Shown here piece after piece: positions 19,370 to 28,675 of a stretch of 32,000 nucleotides of DNA. Position numbers and translations under genes: made by a program. The notes below the pieces were generated by a model. It was not told the DNA's origin. It ran no database searches and saw only the letters and a program-made list of their open reading frames with translations. Numbering within the stretch: position 1 is the stretch's first letter; every line of letters starts with the position of its first letter. This DNA is from Fastidiosibacter lacustris (GTDB lineage: Bacteria; Pseudomonadota; Gammaproteobacteria; Francisellales; Francisellaceae), in the NCBI RefSeq assembly GCF_003428155.1, contig NZ_QLIR01000009.1:30001-62000 (forward strand). Reading direction: 5' to 3'.

Positions 19370-20974
19370 TTAGTTCCCCCGTTTATGTTCTTGTGAGTTT
19401 TGGAACGAGCCGCTAGGTCCTAAGCGTGCAAATTTGATCATTAAATACATCTCAACTGCAAACAATAATGCGTAGAACAAACAAAATACCACCAAGGTAA
19501 ACAAAATATCCCAACCATTAATCATTGAAGAGCTCACTGTTGTTGGCAACATCTCATATACCGTCCAAGGTTGACGACCGTGTTCAGTTACAATCCAACC
19601 ACATAAACAGGCAATCCAAGGCAATGGAATCATATACAGCATGGTTCTTAAGAGCCAGCGTTTTTCCCATAATGTTTTTCTAAAAAGTAACACAAGCCCT
19701 ACAATAATGACCAAGAACATAAATACACCAATGCTAACCATGATTCTAAATGTCCAGAAAATCGCTGCGACATTAGGTACTGAATCCAAGGCAGCAGCAT
19801 TGATTTGCTCAGATGTTGCAGAAGTAAGTGACTCGCCTACAGGTAAATAGCGTTGCAGCAACATCCCATAGCCTAAATCCTGGTGGTACTGATTGTAGAT
19901 CTCTTGATCCTGTGAACTGGACTTCCCAGCACGCATTTTCATCATTGCTTCATAGGCTTTAGCACCATTAGCAATTCGTGTTGTTACTGCTGGGATTTCT
20001 TTACCTGTCACCACATCGACATAACCGTCATATAAAAGCGTATTTACACCATATATTTTCTGATCAAATGAGTGTGTTGCAAGTAATCCTAGCAATTTAG
20101 GAATTTGAATAGAAAAATCATTTTTTTGCTCAGACTGACTAGGAAAAGCAATCACATTAAAATTAGCAGGTGGCGTTTGTGTTCCCCATTCTGCCTCGAT
20201 TGCAGCCAATTTCATCGGTTGATACTTATAAGCTAGAATCCCTTGCTCATCACCCATTACCATGACCATTAAAGATGCAACTAAACCAAAGCCCAAACCA
20301 ATTCCCATCGATCTTTTAGCGAAACCAACATCCTTTTTACGCAATAAATAAAATGAACTAATACCAATCACAAAAACAGATGAAGTGATATAACCGGCAA
20401 TCACTGTATGAGCAAAGCCAATTTGAGCAATTGGATTAATGAATAGATCCCATAAATGCGTTGTTTCCATACGCATGGTTTGCCATACAAATTCACCTCC
20501 TGCTGGCACCTGCATAAAACCATTGGCAACTAAGATCAATAAAGCAGACAAGTTAGAACCAAATGCTAAGCAAAAAGTAACGGCTAAATGCTGCTTTTTA
20601 GAAAGTTTGTTCCAACCAAGGAAAAACATTCCTACAAAAGTTGACTCCAACATAAAAGCAACCAAGCCTTCAATTGCAAGAGGGGTTCCAAAAATATCAC
20701 CAACAAATTGTGAATAGTACGCCCAGTTTAAACCAAAAGAAAACTCCATAGTCAAGCCAGAAAGGACACCTACTGCAAAATTAATACCAAGGAGCTTGCC
20801 CCAGAATTTAGTCATATCCTTATAAACTTGCTTACCTGTCATAACGTACATGAGCTCCATCGTGAAAATAATCCAAGTTAGCCCTAACGTTAATGGCACA
20901 AAAATAAAGTGAAAACAAGCAACGAAGGCAAATTGCCAACGAGCAAGCTCCACTGATAGTAGACTTGGTATCAT
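19370..20974 (-). CDS. cydA: cytochrome bd ubiquinol oxidase subunit I
   Basis: The product (534 aa) contains ELARWQFAFVACFHFIFVPLTLG, a long Q-loop, and the conserved GWIVTEHGRQPW motif. Confidence 0.95.
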   Translation of the reverse strand: MIPSLLSVELARWQFAFVACFHFIFVPLTLGLTWIIFTMELMYVMTGKQVYKDMTKFWGKLLGINFAVGVLSGLTMEFSFGLNWAYYSQFVGDIFGTPLAIEGLVAFMLESTFVGMFFLGWNKLSKKQHLAVTFCLAFGSNLSALLILVANGFMQVPAGGEFVWQTMRMETTHLWDLFINPIAQIGFAHTVIAGYITSSVFVIGISSFYLLRKKDVGFAKRSMGIGLGFGLVASLMVMVMGDEQGILAYKYQPMKLAAIEAEWGTQTPPANFNVIAFPSQSEQKNDFSIQIPKLLGLLATHSFDQKIYGVNTLLYDGYVDVVTGKEIPAVTTRIANGAKAYEAMMKMRAGKSSSQDQEIYNQYHQDLGYGMLLQRYLPVGESLTSATSEQINAAALDSVPNVAAIFWTFRIMVSIGVFMFLVIIVGLVLLFRKTLWEKRWLLRTMLYMIPLPWIACLCGWIVTEHGRQPWTVYEMLPTTVSSSMINGWDILFTLVVFCLFYALLFAVEMYLMIKFARLGPSGSFQNSQEHKRGN

Positions 20975-21117
20975 CTATATAACCCTTCATGTGATTGAAC
21001 AAAATAAAGTGTTTTGTTAGAAATCAAATTACAAAATCACTGGGGATTTATTTTAACGCTTGGTGCTTTAAGGCTAAATAGCAAAACCAAAATCACATTA
21101 TCAAGCTGTTATGTTTA

Positions 21118-21131
21118 TTGATTTAAATCAA
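21118..21131. promoter_or_regulatory. FNR/CRP-family operator: perfect FNR consensus TTGAT-N4-ATCAA
   Basis: The exact palindrome TTGATTTAAATCAA lies in the divergent cydA/fnr intergenic region. The adjacent regulator keeps the FNR recognition helix residues (IETISR). Confidence 0.7.
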
Positions 21132-21151
21132 CTTTCTTATAAAAAAACAGG

Positions 21152-21159
21152 TATAATTT
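21152..21159 (+). promoter_or_regulatory. candidate -10 element for fnr (TATAAT / TAATTT)
   Basis: TATAAT lies at 21152-21157, overlapping TAATTT at 21154-21159, 35-42 nt upstream of the fnr ATG. The -35 is poor (CAACTT) and overlaps the FNR box. Confidence 0.35.
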
Positions 21160-21193
21160 ATCAGCCTTTAAATACACCTGATAGCACTCACAT

Positions 21194-21910
21194 ATGACAA
21201 CACAAAAAAAAGCCTCATGTACTAAACAGTCGCCACGTCCAAAAACATGTCATTTTTGTGATTGTCATAAGCTCTGTCACCTCTTTCATGTCAATCCTAT
21301 AGACACTCTTAATTTTATTAAAGTACAAACAAATATATGCCACATAAAAAAAGGGCAATCGTTATATAAAACACAAGATAAAATCACTGCTATATTTATC
21401 ATACGCACAGGCAGTTTTAAGCTTGTGAATCAGAACGACTATATTGTTGATTTTTGTTTACAAGGCGATGCCCTTGGTTTTGATGCAATTGAAAGTTCAG
21501 CACATACTCTTACTGCTATTGCTCTTGAAGATAGCGCAATTTGTGCTTTTGACTATTACAGCCTCATCCAAGCATTGCCACAAAAACCTATTGTTATCCT
21601 AGATTTTTTACAATTAATAAGTAAAAAACTTAACCTTGCTATTAACTCTTTAGATACCACTCAAGAAGCCTACGTAAAATTAGCTAGCTTTATTTATAAA
21701 CTAGCAAATCATCAAAAGCGCTGTGGTTACTCTAACAAATCATTTATGCTACCTATGAAATATTTAGAAATTGCAAATCATCTTAACTTGAGTATTGAGA
21801 CGATCTCCCGTGCATTTAAATCTCTGACTAACAACACGATTTTAAGTACTAAGCACAAAGAAATTACCATTCTTGACTTTGAACGCTTAAAGTCTATCGC
21901 AACAACATAA
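21194..21910 (+). CDS. fnr: FNR-type Crp/Fnr-family transcriptional regulator ([4Fe-4S] oxygen sensor)
   Basis: The N-terminal cysteine cluster is C19-x2-C22-x5-C28, the same spacing as E. coli FNR C20/C23/C29. A central Cys lies in SAICAF (E. coli SMVCEI). There is a cNMP-like beta-roll, and the C-terminal HTH carries E--SR (LSIETISRAF). Confidence 0.85.
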   Translation: MTTQKKASCTKQSPRPKTCHFCDCHKLCHLFHVNPIDTLNFIKVQTNICHIKKGQSLYKTQDKITAIFIIRTGSFKLVNQNDYIVDFCLQGDALGFDAIESSAHTLTAIALEDSAICAFDYYSLIQALPQKPIVILDFLQLISKKLNLAINSLDTTQEAYVKLASFIYKLANHQKRCGYSNKSFMLPMKYLEIANHLNLSIETISRAFKSLTNNTILSTKHKEITILDFERLKSIATT

Positions 21911-21923
21911 TCCACTTTATAAA

Positions 21924-23549
21924 TTACTGAAACTGCTTCAACAAGCCTCTTGTTGAGCTATCATAGCTTGGATGAGATAAATATCCTTTTTGTAAGCTTT
22001 CCAAAATTGACTTACCAAGTGCTTTACCTAGCTCCACACCCCATTGATCAAAACTATTAATCCCCCAAATTACACCTTGAACGAAAATTTTATGCTCATA
22101 TAAAGCAATTAATTGACCTAAAGCCTGCGGAGTAAGCTCATCTATTAAAATAGTATTACTGGGTTTATTACCAGCAATAACCTTTTGTGACGCTAAGCTT
22201 GAGATTTCATTTTCACTTATCCCACTTTTTTTAAGTTCATTTTTAACTTGTTCTAAGCTTTGACCTTGCATAAGAGCTTGCGATTGAGCAAAACAATTTG
22301 CCAATAGCACTTGTTGATGATTTTGTAGTGTATGATAGCTTTTCTTAACGGCAATAAAGTCCGCTGGCACTGTAACATTACCTTGATGTAACAACTGATG
22401 AAAGGCATGTTGACCATTAGTACCTACACCACCCCACAGTACAACACCTGTTTGATTGTGACTAAGCTTTCCATTTTTTTTGCAAGATTTACCATTACTT
22501 TCCATATCTGCTTGTTGTAGATAGTCCACTAAATAACACAGCCGATCATCATAAGCTAAAATCGCCTGTGATTGAGTATGATAAAAATTACTATATAGAA
22601 TGGCAATAAGCGCCAAAATAACTGGCATATTCTCTGTTAAAGGTGCTGTTTTAAAATGTTTATCCATGACATAAGCACCTTTCAATAAATCCTCAAAGTG
22701 ATTAAAACCAATGGCAAATGCAATTGCCATACCAATAGATGACCATAGTGAATATCTTCCCCCTACCCAATCCCACATAGCAAAGCAATTTTGTAACTCA
22801 ATGCCAAACTGCTCAACTTTATCTTGAGCACTTGAGATGGCAACAAAGTGTTTAGCTACAGCCTTTGACGTTTGGTAATGATCAAGCAACCATTTACGTG
22901 CAGTTTCTGCATTCATTAATGTCTCTTGAGTGGTAAACGATTTAGAGGCAACAATAAATAAGGTCGTCTCAGGATGGATGCGGTTTAACACGCTTAAAAT
23001 CGAATCAGCATCGACATTCGAAACAAAATGCACACGTGTTTTGTTTTGATGATAAGGTTTTAACGCCCTTACTATCATTTTTGGTCCCAAATCAGAACCA
23101 CCAATACCGATATTAACTACATCAGTAATTTTTTTATCTGTAAAGCCTCGCCAATGACCATCGTGCACATCTTTAACCAATTTTTGTACTTTTTTACGCT
23201 CAACTTCAATTTCTAATTTAACGTTCTTACCATCAACCAAAATTGAATCTTGAGAAAAATCACGCAAAGCTGTATGTAAAACGGCTCGATTTTCACTGGT
23301 GTTGATTTTACTCCCTTTAAACATTGCATCACGCATTACTGCAACCTGTGCATTTTCCGCCAAAGCAAATAAACACTCTAATATTTCTTCATTGATCCTA
23401 TTTTTGGAATAATCAAGGAATAAATTTCCATGCTTTAAGTGATAGCGATTAAAACGTTGACTATCTTCATCAAAAAGACCTTTTATTGCTAAATGCTTAT
23501 ATTTTGTTTCTAATAAATGCTGTAATTTATTTGTAATTTCTTGATTCAT
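21924..23549 (-). CDS. pgi: glucose-6-phosphate isomerase
   Basis: The product is colinear with E. coli Pgi ([49 protein letters not shown]). I prefer the ATG at 23549 (MNQEITNK...), which has a GGAG SD and lies 4 nt after the pgl stop. The track start at 23585 would overlap pgl by 32 nt. Confidence 0.95.
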   Translation of the reverse strand: MNQEITNKLQHLLETKYKHLAIKGLFDEDSQRFNRYHLKHGNLFLDYSKNRINEEILECLFALAENAQVAVMRDAMFKGSKINTSENRAVLHTALRDFSQDSILVDGKNVKLEIEVERKKVQKLVKDVHDGHWRGFTDKKITDVVNIGIGGSDLGPKMIVRALKPYHQNKTRVHFVSNVDADSILSVLNRIHPETTLFIVASKSFTTQETLMNAETARKWLLDHYQTSKAVAKHFVAISSAQDKVEQFGIELQNCFAMWDWVGGRYSLWSSIGMAIAFAIGFNHFEDLLKGAYVMDKHFKTAPLTENMPVILALIAILYSNFYHTQSQAILAYDDRLCYLVDYLQQADMESNGKSCKKNGKLSHNQTGVVLWGGVGTNGQHAFHQLLHQGNVTVPADFIAVKKSYHTLQNHQQVLLANCFAQSQALMQGQSLEQVKNELKKSGISENEISSLASQKVIAGNKPSNTILIDELTPQALGQLIALYEHKIFVQGVIWGINSFDQWGVELGKALGKSILESLQKGYLSHPSYDSSTRGLLKQFQ

Positions 23550-23553
23550 CGCT

Positions 23554-24270
23554 TTACTCCAACTCATTTGCAGCAGGTTGATCAAGATGCCAAACTAGTT
23601 TACCTTCAATTGGTTTAACAACCTTTGCTGGATAAGCTATCGATACATTCTCCTGATCAAAAACTTTCTTTAGCATATTTGCTTTAGACTCCCCTGTTAC
23701 CAGAAAATCAATGACCTTCGCATAATTTATGATTTTTAATGTTAACGTCACGCGATACTGCTTTGTCGTTGGGTGCATTGCTATTTCCACCCACTTATCG
23801 GAAGACAATGACACACCATTGACAAATAAAGAAGCCGTGTGCCCATCTTCACCCATACCTAACCAGATCCAATCAAATTGCGGAATATCATTATACTTAG
23901 GCACGTATTTTTTGATGCTTTGTACATAGTTTAGGGTGGCTTGCTCTGGTGAAATATCACCTTGCATAGGATGCAAATTTTCTCTTGGGATCTTTACCTG
24001 CTGAAACAGCATACGATCTGCTTCACCAAAATTACTCTCTTTATCTTCAAATGCGACACAGCGCTCATCACACCACCAAAAATGTAACTTCTCCCACTTA
24101 ATTTCAATCATTTTGTCACTTTTTGCAATAAGCTCAAATATAGCTTTAGGCGTACTGCCTCCAGAAAGTGCAATATGAACCTCATCTTGTCTTGAATGCG
24201 ATAAGCTAACAAGTTTTGTCAGCATAGCATAGGCAATATCTTCTTTCTCTTGATATATAATGTATGACAT
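23554..24270 (-). CDS. pgl: 6-phosphogluconolactonase
   Basis: The 238-aa product belongs to the DevB/Pgl family ([28 protein letters not shown]). Confidence 0.9.
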   Translation of the reverse strand: MSYIIYQEKEDIAYAMLTKLVSLSHSRQDEVHIALSGGSTPKAIFELIAKSDKMIEIKWEKLHFWWCDERCVAFEDKESNFGEADRMLFQQVKIPRENLHPMQGDISPEQATLNYVQSIKKYVPKYNDIPQFDWIWLGMGEDGHTASLFVNGVSLSSDKWVEIAMHPTTKQYRVTLTLKIINYAKVIDFLVTGESKANMLKKVFDQENVSIAYPAKVVKPIEGKLVWHLDQPAANELE

Positions 24271-24291
24271 TCTCTATTTTACCCCCCTTAC

Positions 24292-25809
24292 TTAAGCTTT
24301 TGAGTTTTGCTTAAAGTTTGATGATGGATTACGCCAAATGTGGTCTAACTCGGCTAACATTTTGTCAGATTCAACTGGACCAAATGAACCACTTGGATAA
24401 AAATTTAATATACTCTTACCATGCTTATGAATGTATTGAATGATTGGATCGATAATATTCCAGCAGGCCTCAACTGCATCATTACGTGCAAATAAAGTAT
24501 TATCTCCTTGTAAAGCATCTAGAATTAAACGCTCATAAGCAGTTGGCAATGCTTTTTGAGCAAAATCAGAATAATAAAAACCCATATCCACCTCATGAGT
24601 TTTAAAGCCACTACCTGGTTCTTTTGCCGCAAAACTAAGCTTAATTCCTTCATCAGGCTGAATACGAATAACCAACTGATTCTTAAATTTTGTTATTTTC
24701 TGTACTTGAGAGAAAAAAGGGTGAGGTGTCGGTTTGAAATTAATCACAACCTCAGAAACGCGCTGATTTAAACGTTTACCAGTACGCACATAAAATGGCA
24801 CATTATGCCAGCGCCAGTTATCAATAAAAAAGCGAATTGCAGCATAAGTTTCAGTAGTTGAATCTTTTGCTACCGCTTGTTCATCACGGTACGAACCTTT
24901 AATCACACCTTGAACGCAACCTTCTTGATACTGAGCAATCACCACGTTTTGTTTTATGTCTTCAGCTGTTCTAAAGCGACGAATAGATTGAAATACTTTT
25001 AACGTTTCATTACGAATAGAATACGCATCCATTTTAGCAGGAGCTTCCATTGCGACAATACCCAAAAGTTGTAATAGATGATTTTGAATCATGTCACGAA
25101 TAGCGCCATTTTGGTCATAATATCCCGCTCTTGAACCAAGCCCAATCGACTCATTGGCATAGATCTGCACATTATCAATGTGAGCTGCATTCCACAAAGG
25201 TTCAAAAATTGAATTAGCAAAACGAAAAACTAATAAGTTCTGCACTGTTTCCTTGCCAAGGTAGTGATCAATTCTAAATAACTGAGATTCTTTGTAGTGC
25301 TGTAGCAAATGTGCATTTAATGCGCATGCACTTTTTTCATCTATGCCAAATGGTTTTTCAATGATGATTCGCTTATAACCATCTGTTTCATCATTTAAGC
25401 CCAACTTGGCTAAGTGTGAAGGAATTTGATAATACAAACTAGGTGGCGTTGACAAGTAGAAAAGTAAGTTATTGTCAAGCTTATGGCTTTTAAGCAGCGC
25501 CTTTAAACGCTTATTTAATAATGTATATCCTTCATCTGTATAAACATCTATCGACTGGTAATAAATTTGATTTAAAAATTTATTAATACTTTTCTGATCG
25601 TCTGGATATTCAGTTAGCAAAGCCTCACACATTTTTTGACGAAATTGTTCATCGTTAAACGCTGATCGTGAAACCCCCAATACGATATTATTTTTAGTTA
25701 AACTCTTATGTTGGTATAGATGAAAAATGGCAGGTATAAGCTTACGCGCCGTTAAATCACCTGATGCACCAAAAATGACAATAATTCCATTTGCTAACTT
25801 ATGTTGCAT
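24292..25809 (-). CDS. zwf: glucose-6-phosphate 1-dehydrogenase
   Basis: The product contains IFGASGDLTARKL, the active-site region RIDHYLGKE, and MIQNHLLQLL. Confidence 0.95.
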   Translation of the reverse strand: MQHKLANGIIVIFGASGDLTARKLIPAIFHLYQHKSLTKNNIVLGVSRSAFNDEQFRQKMCEALLTEYPDDQKSINKFLNQIYYQSIDVYTDEGYTLLNKRLKALLKSHKLDNNLLFYLSTPPSLYYQIPSHLAKLGLNDETDGYKRIIIEKPFGIDEKSACALNAHLLQHYKESQLFRIDHYLGKETVQNLLVFRFANSIFEPLWNAAHIDNVQIYANESIGLGSRAGYYDQNGAIRDMIQNHLLQLLGIVAMEAPAKMDAYSIRNETLKVFQSIRRFRTAEDIKQNVVIAQYQEGCVQGVIKGSYRDEQAVAKDSTTETYAAIRFFIDNWRWHNVPFYVRTGKRLNQRVSEVVINFKPTPHPFFSQVQKITKFKNQLVIRIQPDEGIKLSFAAKEPGSGFKTHEVDMGFYYSDFAQKALPTAYERLILDALQGDNTLFARNDAVEACWNIIDPIIQYIHKHGKSILNFYPSGSFGPVESDKMLAELDHIWRNPSSNFKQNSKA

Positions 25810-25844
25810 TAAGCATCTCTGTAGTTAATCGTGAAACGCCGATA

Positions 25845-25853
25845 GTTATACCA
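25845..25853 (-). promoter_or_regulatory. candidate extended -10 promoter element for zwf (TGgTATAAC)
   Basis: The minus strand reads aaaaaTGgTATAACtatcgg about 36-44 nt upstream of the zwf ATG. A second option is TTGCGA-17-TAATAA just upstream. Confidence 0.3.
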
Positions 25854-26341
25854 TTTTTTATTACCAAGTTCACGATTTAATCGCAACAATTAATTGTTTA
25901 ATTTTCATACCACAGGACAGTAGCTGCAAAAAACCTTTATTTCTAAGCGGTTTCATGCTCAATAGAATAGATCGCTTAGTATACTGTTGTTTAAATAATA
26001 ACTAAAATCTCTGTACACGAAGAGAAAATTATAAAATACTGCTTGAGGCGTTATTTTTTCTGATTTACGTAACATGAAAAAAACACTTCAAACAGCTGAT
26101 GAATAGTTTATTTGTTATCAGGGTAAAGCACAATCAATTAACCACGAACGCTAAGGGGCTTCAGGTGGATGTTTTAACTGTAAGGATAAGCATTTGAAAA
26201 ACTTAAAATAAGATTTCAAAGCTAATGGCATTGCTTACTCTCAGCATTGTGGCGCATAAAAAAAGGCTTTTTCAACTACCTTCTCCTATAGCATGCAATC
26301 AATAGCACTTCCTTAGCACCAACTCTTTTGCAAGAATTAAA

Positions 26342-26812
26342 TTACTCTTCACTCAAATTCCCTAGGAAATCCAATTGACGCCATGCTTCAAACAACATAA
26401 CTGCTGCTGCATTTGATAAGTTTAGGCTTCTGCTGTTTTTTAGCATAGGGAGCTTAATTTGCCTATACTCTAACGCTTTAAGTATGTAAGCTGGCAATCC
26501 TCTACTTTCAGGTCCTAACAATAAAACATCTTCATCTTGAAATTGTACTTGATGATAATATTGCTTGGCTTTAGTCGTACATGCCCAAATTCTCTTATGG
26601 CTATTCTTGATAACAAAATCCTCAAAGTTTTGATAGCGTGCGACCTCTGCAAATTCATGGTAATCCAATCCCGCACGGCGTAACTTTTTGTCTTCTAACT
26701 CAAAGCCAAACGGTTCAATCAAGTGTAACCTTGCACCTGTATTGGCACATAAACGGATAATATTTCCCGTATTAGGGGGAATCTCAGGCTCATATAAAGC
26801 AATATGAATCAT
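26342..26812 (-). CDS. trmL: tRNA (cytidine34/5-carboxymethylaminomethyluridine34-2'-O)-methyltransferase (SpoU/TrmL)
   Basis: The product starts [26 protein letters not shown] and has [11 protein letters not shown] and a SPOUT knot C-terminus. I prefer the ATG at 26812, which has AAGGA 7 nt upstream. The track start at 26827 is a TTG. Confidence 0.9.
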   Translation of the reverse strand: MIHIALYEPEIPPNTGNIIRLCANTGARLHLIEPFGFELEDKKLRRAGLDYHEFAEVARYQNFEDFVIKNSHKRIWACTTKAKQYYHQVQFQDEDVLLLGPESRGLPAYILKALEYRQIKLPMLKNSRSLNLSNAAAVMLFEAWRQLDFLGNLSEE

Positions 26813-26938
26813 CTTTTTCCTTAACAAAACTATGCTTTTTCTATTCTATGCGTTTTAATCAGGATAAGGAGTGTGGATACAAGCATTTTTTGATACGATA
26901 TGTGAAATTTTTATAAGGACTCATGAAGGATAAGCACA

Positions 26939-27844
26939 ATGACAATCATGGTGATTGGTAGTGCCAATACAGATTTAATTATTCAAGTTGAACATCTTCC
27001 TAGACCAGGTGAAACATTACTTGGAGGAAAGTTTTTAACAGCATCAGGCGGGAAAGGTGCTAACCAAGCAGTTGCAGCTGCACGCTTGGGTGGAAAAGTA
27101 TGTTTTATTGCTAGTATTGGTCAAGACAGTTTTGGCGAAGCACTGTTAAAAAAGTACGCTCAAGATAGTATTAACATTCAACATATTAAACGTCCACAAA
27201 GTGCATCAGGCATTGCCATGGTTTGTGTTGCATCCAACGGACAAAATTCAATTGTTGTTGCTCCTGGCTCTAATGCGTTTCTTACACCTTGTGATATTGC
27301 TGCTATAGAGGATCAGTTTTTACATGCAAAAGTTGTCCTAACTCAACTAGAAATACCACTCTCAACTATTGTTGCAGCTGCTAAACTTGCCTATAAACAC
27401 AAATGCTTATTCATTCTAAATCCTGCTCCTGCCTATGTTTTACCTGATGAACTTTACCCATTTATTGACATCATCACACCAAATGAAATAGAAGCTGAAC
27501 TCTTAACAGGTATCCGGGTTTGTGATCTATCTTCCGCATTGACGGCTTCTAAAATTCTTCATCAACGTGGCATAAAAAACGTTATTATTACAATGGGTCA
27601 TCAAGGTGCATTTTTCTACGATGGTAAAAATGAAGTGCTAGTTCCAACACTTCAAGTTAATGCTATTGATACAACCGCTGCAGGTGATACTTTTAATGGT
27701 GCACTTGCTAAAACGTTATGCAACAGTAATGACATCATCTCCGCTATTAAATATGCTAATAAAGCCTCCGCTTTATCGGTTACGAAACTAGGTGCGCAAA
27801 GCTCCATCCCATATCCCCATGAAATTGAAGCATTACAAGGTTAA
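26939..27844 (+). CDS. rbsK: ribokinase
   Basis: The product is colinear with E. coli RbsK (VIGSANTDL, PGETLLG, GGKGANQAVAAARLG, TPNEIEAE, DTTAAGDTFNGAL). An AAGGA SD lies upstream. Confidence 0.9.
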   Translation: MTIMVIGSANTDLIIQVEHLPRPGETLLGGKFLTASGGKGANQAVAAARLGGKVCFIASIGQDSFGEALLKKYAQDSINIQHIKRPQSASGIAMVCVASNGQNSIVVAPGSNAFLTPCDIAAIEDQFLHAKVVLTQLEIPLSTIVAAAKLAYKHKCLFILNPAPAYVLPDELYPFIDIITPNEIEAELLTGIRVCDLSSALTASKILHQRGIKNVIITMGHQGAFFYDGKNEVLVPTLQVNAIDTTAAGDTFNGALAKTLCNSNDIISAIKYANKASALSVTKLGAQSSIPYPHEIEALQG

Positions 27845-27849
27845 TTACA

Positions 27850-28602
27850 ATGGTCAATAACAAAAAATTTGAACGCTACATTGACACACTATTAAATATA
27901 CAATCAATTAAAGATTACTGTCCAAATGGTCTACAAATAGAAGGTAAAAAAAATATTAATATTATCGTCACAGGTGTTAGTGCAAGTCTTGAGCTCATTC
28001 ATGCTGCCATCGCTAAAAAAGCAGATGCCATATTGGTTCATCATGGTTATTTTTGGAAAGCTGAAAATCCAACGATTACTGGCATCAAATATCAACGCAT
28101 TAAAGCAATTATTCAGCATAATATTAACCTTTTTGGCTATCATTTACCACTAGATGTACATCCTAACTTGGGTAATAACGTTCAACTGGCTAAGCGTCTA
28201 GATCTTTGTATTGTTGGTGAATTCAATACAAATACTATACCTAACTATGGTTTAATGTGTGAAACAAAGTTGACGTTAAATGCTTTAATCGACAAAATCG
28301 AATCTACACTTATGCGAAAGCCACTTGTCGTTGGTAATCAAAACCTGCACATCCACAAAGTTGCCATTTGTACTGGAGGAGCTCAAGACCTTATTGAACA
28401 GGCTTATCATGCAGGAGCAGATGTCTATATTTCAGGTGAAATTTCAGAGCGTACAACACTTATTGCACGGGAACTTGGTATGACTTACATTGCAGCAGGA
28501 CATCACGCGACCGAGCGTTATGGAATTGCAACACTAGGTCAATATTTAGCACAAGAATTTTCTTTAGAACATTATTTTGTTGATATTGATAACCCAGTTT
28601 AA
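27850..28602 (+). CDS. Nif3-like dinuclear metal centre protein (YbgI family)
   Basis: The 250-aa product has YbgI-type motifs (CPNGLQIEG, ILVHHGYFW, YHLPLD, AAGHHATERYG). Confidence 0.85.
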   Translation: MVNNKKFERYIDTLLNIQSIKDYCPNGLQIEGKKNINIIVTGVSASLELIHAAIAKKADAILVHHGYFWKAENPTITGIKYQRIKAIIQHNINLFGYHLPLDVHPNLGNNVQLAKRLDLCIVGEFNTNTIPNYGLMCETKLTLNALIDKIESTLMRKPLVVGNQNLHIHKVAICTGGAQDLIEQAYHAGADVYISGEISERTTLIARELGMTYIAAGHHATERYGIATLGQYLAQEFSLEHYFVDIDNPV

Positions 28603-28675
28603 TACTGTTGTTATCCCTAACTTATTTTTTTTGTGATAGACTGCTTACACCTAACTTGAACAACGTAAGCTCATT

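Noticed and set aside
13498-20717. ORFs antisense to tkt, the AI-2E permease, cydB and cydA: 13498-13719, 16193-16408, 16835-17233, 18280-18543, 19641-19850, 20439-20717.
   Set aside because: These are shadow frames of membrane-protein and enzyme genes. They have no independent translation signals and no recognisable products.
21203-21210. An A8 homopolymer in the 5' coding region of fnr (with similar A8/T8 runs at about 1816 and 30866) as possible phase-variation tracts.
   Set aside because: Runs of 8 A/T are expected by chance in DNA this AT-rich. They are shorter than typical contingency-locus tracts, and there is no evidence of frameshifted alleles here.
25933-25950. A half-match (ATTTCTAA) to the GacA/LetA-type palindromic box upstream of the GGA-rich segment.
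   Set aside because: Only one half-site matches. The other half (ACCTTTA) does not fit the palindrome, so it does not support an RsmY/Z-type promoter.
26249-26276. A dif-like sequence: GTGGCGCATAA resembles the XerC arm GGTGCGCATAA.
   Set aside because: The central region and the normally better-conserved XerD arm do not match (roughly 5 of 11 positions against TTATGTTAAAT). It is not a credible dif site.
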